Sequence record: OR413585.1
DNA length: 64,000 nt
Reading direction: 5' to 3' (one strand)
Part shown: piece after piece, positions 37,624-45,520 of the stretch
Position numbering within the stretch: position 1 is the first letter of the stretch
Layout of the letters: the number at the start of each line of letters is the position of its first letter
Notes under the pieces: model-generated
The model's database searches: none
Told to the model about the DNA's origin: nothing
The model's input: only the letters and a program-made list of their open reading frames with translations
Translations under genes and position numbers: made by a program

Positions 37624-39324
37624 ATGCAGCTTGTAAATCTACTGATGTATCCGGTCTACGATGTTCCAGAGCAAGTTCGTCGCCGCATCGGCTTTAACGC
37701 ATCGACGGGTGCACTGGATGACTTAGCAGCAGCGGTTGAACTGGGCGGGGAAAAAGCTGTGGGAACACAGCAGTATCAAGAAGCATTATCTGCCATCGTG
37801 GGCTTCGATGGCACCCAGAATGGTTTTGAGCGTCCATTCATCAACGTGTCCGATGATGACAATCGTCCTGTACAGTTCCAATGGGAATCACGTGATACCG
37901 GTATCTTTAACTTCGTGGCGGTGTTTATTGCTAAACCTCTGAATGCAACACGCACTCAGGAAACACAATACATCGTCTCCGGTTATACCAGTCAGGCAGA
38001 AACCAGCCTGGGTAGCTTGCTGCCGGACGATATGGTGTTGTACATTAACGACATCTACGGCTTACAGGCAACGTATACACACGATGCCCTGGGCGGCAAA
38101 ACATTGAACCCAGACTCATTCCGTCTACTGGATAACTACGTTTTATCGAAAGCGCTGTCTGTTGAAGGTCAAACAGAAAGTACGGTAGATATCATTTCGA
38201 TCGCGAAAGCAGCGGATATGGTAAAACGTATTGAAATGAACAGCGGTGAGAAGTTCGTCCCAACGAGCGACTCTGTACTGTCCGCAACCAGTAGCTCTGC
38301 ACCACAGTTGATGGTATCCCAACTCCAGCGTCCAGAAAACTACGTATCTGCCATCAGTAATGCGTATCTGGCAAGCTCTGGGGTAGATACCGAACTCGGT
38401 AGCGTGGAAAGCTTCTTTGCAGGTAATAACTCCATCGGCGTTGAATCTGAATTGAAGCAACGTGGTGTTATCCGTAACTACAGCAACCACGAACTGATTG
38501 CTGCGATGCGTCAAGCACTCCAGAACGGGATGTCTGATGTATCTGGCGGCTGGAAAGCAACCAGTAAGGCGACGTTCCGTTTGGCTGATTTGCGTAATGC
38601 GATTGTCAACCCAATGCGGTTGGATGAATGTATCCGTGAATCGCTGGCACTGGCAAGTCGCCGTGGGTTGGGTGCAGGGCTGGTTAACCAAACCGACCAC
38701 TGGATTGGACGTAATGGCTTCTCCACGCAGGGTAGTCTAGTTGCGTATGATCTGGCTATGTCTATCGGGCCGATTATGTCACGTAACCTGATTGGTGAAG
38801 TGAGCTTTGTCTTTGATAACCGCAACACAGATATCATGATAGAGCCTACGCTGGAAGTTATTCCTAACTCAGTCAGCAGCATCACGCACCATCAGTTACC
38901 TGCTGCATTAGGTCGTCGTTTCTTGCAGAACATGAAAGAAGCGATGGTTCAGGTTACTAAACATAACCATATTCGCTGCCACATGCTGGTCACCGCATTG
39001 TTGGGGACCGTTACTCGTATTGAAATCCGTGTCGACGACGAACCGCTGGAATATTACACCTACGCGTCGTTTATGCAATTCCGTCTCCATACCGGCAACA
39101 CCACCGATCTCAAATACGTTGGTGAGCTGGCACAGAACACCGCAACGCTGTTGAAAGCCGTGGAAGAAGGTTATACAGAATTCGAGAAAGGCCAAGGCCG
39201 GGGTCGAATGCTATCTAACATTCCAACTAACACAGGTGGCTTAGATCCTCTTGGAGGTCTTGACCTGGGTGGTGGCTTAGGCGGTATAGGCGGAAACGGA
39301 CTCGGCAACGGTCTCATTGATTAA
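37624..39324 (+). CDS. Probable PicA/Imp1-like nuclear import factor (phiKZ gp69-type)
   Basis: 566 aa; synteny directly after the sigma-like gene; AAGGAG RBS; Gly/Leu-rich tail. Confidence 0.5.
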   Translation: MQLVNLLMYPVYDVPEQVRRRIGFNASTGALDDLAAAVELGGEKAVGTQQYQEALSAIVGFDGTQNGFERPFINVSDDDNRPVQFQWESRDTGIFNFVAVFIAKPLNATRTQETQYIVSGYTSQAETSLGSLLPDDMVLYINDIYGLQATYTHDALGGKTLNPDSFRLLDNYVLSKALSVEGQTESTVDIISIAKAADMVKRIEMNSGEKFVPTSDSVLSATSSSAPQLMVSQLQRPENYVSAISNAYLASSGVDTELGSVESFFAGNNSIGVESELKQRGVIRNYSNHELIAAMRQALQNGMSDVSGGWKATSKATFRLADLRNAIVNPMRLDECIRESLALASRRGLGAGLVNQTDHWIGRNGFSTQGSLVAYDLAMSIGPIMSRNLIGEVSFVFDNRNTDIMIEPTLEVIPNSVSSITHHQLPAALGRRFLQNMKEAMVQVTKHNHIRCHMLVTALLGTVTRIEIRVDDEPLEYYTYASFMQFRLHTGNTTDLKYVGELAQNTATLLKAVEEGYTEFEKGQGRGRMLSNIPTNTGGLDPLGGLDLGGGLGGIGGNGLGNGLID

Positions 39325-39336
39325 GGATTATTAACC

Positions 39337-40704
39337 ATGAAATTGATTGAATTCTACCGTTCGTTTCTGACCTCGCTCGGATACGGATTCGAAGGTGACA
39401 TGCTGACTATCGATGATGGTCATCCGGCAATGTTCACCTACAACAAAGTGAAGCGCCGCTTGGTGCTTCCAACTGCAGCGATGATTAAGCGTGGGTTGGA
39501 AGATGACGAAGGTAGTGAATGTCATGCGTTCCACCCACTGTGTGAATCGGTACTGGCTGGCGAATCTGGAACGATTCGTTTCCTGAAGAAAGCCATCAAC
39601 GCGAACCTCTTCCTGAAAAGCTTCGAGTTAATCGATGCGATTTTGGAAACAGCAGCCGAAGGAAAAAATATCCGTCTGGCAGCGTACAAGAAGTTTTTAA
39701 GCGATGTGGTTTGTGCTGACCTGAAAGATCCAACGATGGATAAGAAACTGGTTCAGAGCTGGCACGCAGTGAAGAACTACGTTTACGGGTTGCTGGAAGA
39801 AGATAAAAAGACAAAGATCACCAGTATCTTCATCTCCAGCGATATGACCATTGAAGGTATCAAATATATCCGTGTGGCGAACTACAAACACATGTTTGAA
39901 GAAGAGTCACTGGATGGTACGGCAACATTCTTCGGTGCCAAGCTCCAGCGTAAGCAGGATAAGGTCATTATCTTTAACCTGCTAACTGCAGTGTTTGGTT
40001 GGTATCCTTCGGTTACGGGTTCTAACGATCCGCGTCCGTACTTCGGTTCTTTGGCACGCGGTTGGGCACAATACGTGACCAACTACAATCAAGTGGTTCG
40101 TGGTCTGCGTGACCACACTCCACTGCGTCCGTTAGAAGAAGAATGGATTGGCCAACTGGATAACATGAGCGTTTATGATAACGTTATCCAAACTCTGCCG
40201 TATAATACCGGCCCACGCACCGATCAGGCAACAGACACCACCGCAACGGATTTCCGTATCGGGCGTACACCTGCCGGCACAAAGCCGGTCGTTGCTTTAG
40301 CTTCTCAACAAGCTCCGCAGGAAAATCTTGATCTCAACGATCCGGTAAACTATTTCCGTGCGAAGAAAGCGCAACAGGCGTCTTCAGCTAATAGCTTCAA
40401 TGCGTTAGCACCGAAGATTCAGGAAGCGCTGCGTGAGAACAACGGCCATTTACCGAAAGGGACAATTAAAGAACTGTCTCTCGGTGAAGCGCTGCGTGGT
40501 AATGCGGTGACGAAAGAAAGTGGCCTGGGTTCTGGTTTGCTGGGAAGTAGTAATAATCTCTTGGGGGGTAGCACGCAGTTGGGCGGCGGTAGCACCAACC
40601 TCTTAGGAGGGAGCAGTGACGTGTTAGGTGGTCTGGGTGGTTTAGGTGGCGGAAGTAGCAGCAGTTTAGGCAACCTACCATTCTCATCAGCTAATTTACG
40701 TTAA
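39337..40704 (+). CDS. Conserved core protein (phiKZ gp70-type by synteny) with long Gly/Leu/Ser tail
   Basis: 455 aa ORF with AAGGA RBS; follows the PicA-like gene. Confidence 0.55.
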   Translation: MKLIEFYRSFLTSLGYGFEGDMLTIDDGHPAMFTYNKVKRRLVLPTAAMIKRGLEDDEGSECHAFHPLCESVLAGESGTIRFLKKAINANLFLKSFELIDAILETAAEGKNIRLAAYKKFLSDVVCADLKDPTMDKKLVQSWHAVKNYVYGLLEEDKKTKITSIFISSDMTIEGIKYIRVANYKHMFEEESLDGTATFFGAKLQRKQDKVIIFNLLTAVFGWYPSVTGSNDPRPYFGSLARGWAQYVTNYNQVVRGLRDHTPLRPLEEEWIGQLDNMSVYDNVIQTLPYNTGPRTDQATDTTATDFRIGRTPAGTKPVVALASQQAPQENLDLNDPVNYFRAKKAQQASSANSFNALAPKIQEALRENNGHLPKGTIKELSLGEALRGNAVTKESGLGSGLLGSSNNLLGGSTQLGGGSTNLLGGSSDVLGGLGGLGGGSSSSLGNLPFSSANLR

Positions 40705-40711
40705 GCGTTAG

Positions 40712-40745
40712 AAAGAAGGGACTGGGCGTCCCTTCTTTTTTTCAA
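40712..40745. terminator. Bidirectional terminator
   Basis: AAAGAAGGGAC-TGGGC-GTCCCTTCTTT between convergent genes. Confidence 0.75.
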
Positions 40746-41065
40746 GATTCTACGATAGTCGATAAGATGTTACTTACCACACCGACACTAGGAACCAATA
40801 AGGTCCTTATCTCTGGCGTGAAATCAAACGGAGTAGAAATTCCGTTCATTAACATCATCGGATAAATAATACTATTATCGTACTGTTTGAGACGACAGTA
40901 CGCGTAGAAACTGTGTACCTCTGGGTAGGCATATTTTGGGTCAACAACTTCTTCTGTAGTATCTGGGTGTTTGCGAAGGAAGTCTGTATAGTCATGCAAC
41001 ACCTTATACTTGGTCGAATCAGGCGAAGGTATTATTTCGGATAAGGTAGCAAATTTATCTAGCAT
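40742..41065 (-). CDS. Small LysM/T4 gp53-like baseplate protein (107 aa)
   Basis: AAGGAG RBS; YPMMLMNGISTPFDF..LLVP resembles the LysM-type wedge/gpX signature (by eye). Confidence 0.45.
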   Translation of the reverse strand: MLDKFATLSEIIPSPDSTKYKVLHDYTDFLRKHPDTTEEVVDPKYAYPEVHSFYAYCRLKQYDNSIIYPMMLMNGISTPFDFTPEIRTLLVPSVGVVSNILSTIVES

Positions 41066-41086
41066 CGTCTCTCCTTAAAATAAAAC

Positions 41087-41101
41087 AGATAGATATTATC
41101 T
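41087..41101 (+). promoter_or_regulatory. Candidate early promoter/operator AGATAGATATTATCT
   Basis: Exact 15-mer 30 nt upstream of the nvRNAP beta gene. Confidence 0.6.
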
Positions 41102-41131
41102 TACCGAGGTAACCAAAAGGAGCATTTACGA

Positions 41132-43369
41132 ATGAAAACACCAGTCGAACTCATGTCAAGCGTTGCTGACCGTGAGGTGAATATCACTGGCGTATCTGGG
41201 GCACGTGCCTCAATGGTGGGTGGACATATGAAGTCGGCGGTACCACTGGACAATCCAGATCCGACTATCCATTTTACCGGCGCTGATGTGAACTACCACG
41301 ATTATTGTTTTAACGATATCGTGGAAGACAGTGGTACCGTGTGCAGTTACACAACCAAAGAAGGTGTTACTCGTGCAGCTGTTTTTGCACGCTATGGTCG
41401 TGAAGGGGATCACGATCCGCTCCAACATGTTATCTTCTTCACGCGCGCAGATTTAACCAACCAGCGCAAAGTGATGATTGATGTAATCGATATCAAGTAT
41501 TACACCAACCACGATAACATTTTCTCGTCTAAGAAAGAGGCTACTGGGAAACTTCAGGCGTTGCTGCGCGGGCAGACTCAGCACCTGGAAAAAGATGAAA
41601 TGCTTACCGTGCTGCCGGCACAGAAAGACGGTGAGTTTGTCGATGGGGTCAACCTGCACACCGTGACAATGTCGCACCCGGACATTATCGAGGACTCGTA
41701 CACCATCTCCGAAACTGCAGCGAAGGCGATGCACGCTTATGGTTTGCGTGCAATTGACTTTACCCTGCGCGACGACGAGTACCTGCTTGACACGTATGGG
41801 ACAACGGGTATTGATGGCGTTCGTCGACCACAGTACCTGCCCAATAAAGGACAGGCAATTCGTGATGATGGGTTGGTTATAGCCGCGCGTCGTTTCGATA
41901 AGCTGTGGGCGGCTATTGACTCGCACGTGGGCGAAACACAACATATCTCTCCGCACTTCGACCGTTGTGAGTATGTTGACGCTGACCCTGAGCATTACAA
42001 AGCGCGTCAGGCTGGCGACTTTGAAAAGATGGAACGTACTGGTTCTCGTGTCGTTGATATTCAGGTATGGCGGGACGAAACCAAATGCGATCGTGGTGTT
42101 AACAATATCGCATGTACCGAAGAGAACAAACGCGAGTTAGATCACTACGCGAACGCTTTGAAACGTTTTTACAATGATATCGTGCGGTTCTATTTTGCGA
42201 TGTCCAAGGACAAGAATATTGTCTGGTCACCGAAAGCGTTTGAGATTCTTGACAAGGCGTTCTGTTCTGAGACGTATGAAGTCTATAACGACTTCCGTGA
42301 AGAGATTGGTCGTGAATACGATGAAGCCATGCGTAAAGGTGAGTATAACCGTTCTGCTGATAAGAACGTGTTGAACAAACTCGCGCAGCCGGTTCAGCGT
42401 GGTCTCTGGGACCCAATTGGTAGCTACACGATACGCATCGTGGTACGTTATCCAATCCCAGTTACCGTCTCATCGAAAATCACCGACCGTTCAGGTACAA
42501 AAGGTATCGTGGGCGCAGTGCGGCCTGATGAAGAAATGCCGATTAACGAGTTCGGAGAACGTGTGCATGTCATTCGTTCCATGAACGCCGTAATTCGTCG
42601 TTCGACTTATGCTGCGCTGTTCCACATGTATTGGTCTGCTGCATCCGAGCAGTTGAAGATGCGGTTGAAACCATTACTTGCCGCCAACCAGGTTGATGAA
42701 GCCTGGGAAATCCTGATGGACTATATCGATCGCTATAACCCACGCTGGACATTCTATCTCAATGCCAGTCACCCGGATACTGGGTCACGTCTGGAACTCT
42801 TTAAAGAGATTTACGACTTCACGATTCGTATCTGGCTTCCCCACGAATTGAATGCCACCCAGGTAGAAATCTGCCGCGCTCTAGGCGAGTATGCACCACG
42901 CAAGTCTAAGCTACTGATTACTAACTATCAGGGTGAGAAAGAGTGGACGAAGAACCAGTTCTACGTCGGCATGGTAGAGACTCTGCGCCTGGATAAAACC
43001 GGTCGTGAGTTCTCCAGTATCTCGTCGATGTACACGAACTATTTGGGTTGTATTGATGCATCCAACCAAGGACGTGGTTCATATCCGATTAACCTGAAAG
43101 GGTTGAAGTGGGGTGGTCCTTCCGAGCAGCGTCTTACCGACGGCTTTGGTCCGGGCAACTTCCCCGAAACTCATGACCGCGCTAATAACCCTGCGGTACA
43201 CCGTGCGATCGTAACGGGGTTGTATAACTCGCCAACACCAACCAATCCGGGGGTGCTGGTCGATCGTAAGAAACTACCAATGGGTGATTCGCAGATTGAC
43301 AGGATGATACGTAACATCCATCGCTGTGAAGGTTTTGAATTAGTGCGTCCAATTCGGGAGGATAAATAA
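41132..43369 (+). CDS. Non-virion RNA polymerase beta subunit, C-terminal part
   Basis: GARASMVGGHMKSAV, IIEDSYTIS and SSKITDRSGTKGIVG motifs; no intron visible. Confidence 0.85.
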   Translation: MKTPVELMSSVADREVNITGVSGARASMVGGHMKSAVPLDNPDPTIHFTGADVNYHDYCFNDIVEDSGTVCSYTTKEGVTRAAVFARYGREGDHDPLQHVIFFTRADLTNQRKVMIDVIDIKYYTNHDNIFSSKKEATGKLQALLRGQTQHLEKDEMLTVLPAQKDGEFVDGVNLHTVTMSHPDIIEDSYTISETAAKAMHAYGLRAIDFTLRDDEYLLDTYGTTGIDGVRRPQYLPNKGQAIRDDGLVIAARRFDKLWAAIDSHVGETQHISPHFDRCEYVDADPEHYKARQAGDFEKMERTGSRVVDIQVWRDETKCDRGVNNIACTEENKRELDHYANALKRFYNDIVRFYFAMSKDKNIVWSPKAFEILDKAFCSETYEVYNDFREEIGREYDEAMRKGEYNRSADKNVLNKLAQPVQRGLWDPIGSYTIRIVVRYPIPVTVSSKITDRSGTKGIVGAVRPDEEMPINEFGERVHVIRSMNAVIRRSTYAALFHMYWSAASEQLKMRLKPLLAANQVDEAWEILMDYIDRYNPRWTFYLNASHPDTGSRLELFKEIYDFTIRIWLPHELNATQVEICRALGEYAPRKSKLLITNYQGEKEWTKNQFYVGMVETLRLDKTGREFSSISSMYTNYLGCIDASNQGRGSYPINLKGLKWGGPSEQRLTDGFGPGNFPETHDRANNPAVHRAIVTGLYNSPTPTNPGVLVDRKKLPMGDSQIDRMIRNIHRCEGFELVRPIREDK

Positions 43370-45474
43370 TGGCGGGTCGTTCTGTACACGTACGTGATTT
43401 GCGTATGCTTAACTCTGATCAGGTGTGGAAACTACGCGGGCGTTATTACGTGACATTCGACGATGGTAAGTCGTTGGAAATGTCTAGTCGCCACATCAAA
43501 CTCAGCTGGCCGTATTGGGGTGTGTCGCGTCTGTATCCGCAGGTGCCCACTCCATCGACCATGGCGTATCGTCCAGGTCAGGTAGCAACAGATGACCTGC
43601 ATCTGGACTTTATGTCGGAAGCAGCGGTACTGGCCCGTAAAGCAGGTGTCGACCTTGCTGAAACGCGTTATATCCTGAGTCAACATGTCTACGCCGATGC
43701 GTTCAACATGACAGTGAAGAACTTGCTGTCGTATTGTACGACAATCGACTTTGATACGATGATGGAGATCTACGACCACCCGAACTTCGAACTCATCCGT
43801 CAGTGGGAAGTGCAATACCCTACTGGCTACGATGAAGATGGTCAGGATATGGTTGAAGAAGCGTACAAGCTTATCGAGAAAATCTTCAAAGACCCTGCGC
43901 TACGGTATAACCCGGTCGTGATGTCGGTACTGGACGGTACTGTGAAGATGAACCAGGTACTGCAAGCCTTCGTGCGTGGTAAAACGTCAGAAATTGACTC
44001 ACGTGTATACACCAATCAGGTGTGGGAAGGCTTCTTTACCGGAATGCACTCGGTTATTTCGCGTTTGAAAGAATCCGGTGCAACATCACGTTCCCACTTG
44101 TACAACACTGACAAGATTGCCGAAGCAGAATACGCCTCACGTAAACTGCAGTTGGCAGCAAACGTACTGATGTATTTCACGTACGACGACTGCGGTACAA
44201 CTCACGCACACCGCTACACGTTTAAGGATACGCAGCTGGATGAGCGTGCCTATAAAGCGATGGTGGGGATGCGTTATCGTTTAGAAGGCGATAATGGTCC
44301 GTGGTTGAGATTTGAGAAAGGTGGATACGCAGACCTGGTTGGTAAACCGCTGGTCTTCCGTAGTGCAATGACCTGTAAAGAGATGGCGAATCAGTCCATC
44401 TGTGCGACCTGCATGGGGGATTTGATTTATAACCTCTCTGAAGGCACGTCACCGGGTCACCTGGCATCCACTTCCATCTCAGAAAAGGGTACACAGGGAA
44501 TTCTCTCCACCAAGCACCTTGACTTCTTGCGTTATCTGCTCAACCTGGTACTCACACCGAGAATGCGTGAGTACATGACCGAATACAAACATAACTCTCT
44601 GAAAGGGTTGTGCTTGCTACCAAAACCACAGCGTGGTAATTGGTCAGAATACGAGTTGGTTGTTACCGATAAAGTTTATTCGGAGCTGAGCCAGATTGCG
44701 TACCATGAAGATCTCGATGCAATTGATGAAACGGCATTGCCGGAAATCACCGACTTGACATTCCAGCGTCGTTTAGAAGATGGGCAAATCATCGCTGCAG
44801 ATTCTATCGATGTGCGAATGGGTGTTTGTGGGAACTTCTCTAAACCGTTCTTGCATTACTTCTTGAAACAACGTGCGAACATTCGTATCGAGAAGAAGAC
44901 GGTTCAGATTCCTTTGAAAGGATGGAACCCGAAACACCCGGTACTGGTATACACCAACCGTTCTGAATCGATGGCGGAATTCGTGGCAGGGTTAGAAACC
45001 AAGCTACGTTCAATAGCAGCCGATAAGAACGAAGACATTGTGGAAATCATCAACACAGCATCGACTGTGAAGTTGAACAAGAAACAAGGTCGTGTGAAAC
45101 CGGTAACGTTGGTTGAAATGGGTGGTGCTACAGAGAAACAGTGTACTTATGCGTTGATGGACACGTTTAAGTATATCCAGCGTAAGCTGAGCGGTATACC
45201 GATGACGCACATTGCGATTATGTTGGCGATATCTCGTGTAGAGTCACCAACCAATCCGTTCCCGGCAGTAGGATTTGACAGTGAGGATTCTACTAATGCC
45301 ACCGGGAAACGGTTTGTCGATCACAACACGCTCATTAGTTTGCGCTCGGCAATTCCGATGTTGTTGTTTGAAGGACAGCAGGGGAACATCGATCGCGTTG
45401 GTTTTTATACCGAGTACAAAATCCCGGCATCGTTGTACGATGACCTAGGAGCCGCTGTGGTAATTGAGTTGTAA
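43369..45474 (+). CDS. Non-virion RNA polymerase beta' C-terminal subunit
   Basis: DDCGT, FRSAMTC..ICATCMG Zn site, and SISEKGTQGILSTKH trigger-loop region. Confidence 0.85.
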   Translation: MAGRSVHVRDLRMLNSDQVWKLRGRYYVTFDDGKSLEMSSRHIKLSWPYWGVSRLYPQVPTPSTMAYRPGQVATDDLHLDFMSEAAVLARKAGVDLAETRYILSQHVYADAFNMTVKNLLSYCTTIDFDTMMEIYDHPNFELIRQWEVQYPTGYDEDGQDMVEEAYKLIEKIFKDPALRYNPVVMSVLDGTVKMNQVLQAFVRGKTSEIDSRVYTNQVWEGFFTGMHSVISRLKESGATSRSHLYNTDKIAEAEYASRKLQLAANVLMYFTYDDCGTTHAHRYTFKDTQLDERAYKAMVGMRYRLEGDNGPWLRFEKGGYADLVGKPLVFRSAMTCKEMANQSICATCMGDLIYNLSEGTSPGHLASTSISEKGTQGILSTKHLDFLRYLLNLVLTPRMREYMTEYKHNSLKGLCLLPKPQRGNWSEYELVVTDKVYSELSQIAYHEDLDAIDETALPEITDLTFQRRLEDGQIIAADSIDVRMGVCGNFSKPFLHYFLKQRANIRIEKKTVQIPLKGWNPKHPVLVYTNRSESMAEFVAGLETKLRSIAADKNEDIVEIINTASTVKLNKKQGRVKPVTLVEMGGATEKQCTYALMDTFKYIQRKLSGIPMTHIAIMLAISRVESPTNPFPAVGFDSEDSTNATGKRFVDHNTLISLRSAIPMLLFEGQQGNIDRVGFYTEYKIPASLYDDLGAAVVIEL

Positions 45475-45477
45475 ACC

Positions 45478-45504
45478 GAGGGGCCTTGCGCCCCTCTTTT
45501 TTTG
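45478..45504 (+). terminator. Intrinsic terminator
   Basis: GAGGGGC-CTTGC-GCCCCTC followed by a T run. Confidence 0.75.
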
Positions 45505-45520
45505 TGCGAAGAGGGGCAGC

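Noticed and set aside
41132-43369. Intron in nvRNAP beta (present in phiKZ)
   Set aside because: The ORF is continuous for 745 aa with no intron signature.
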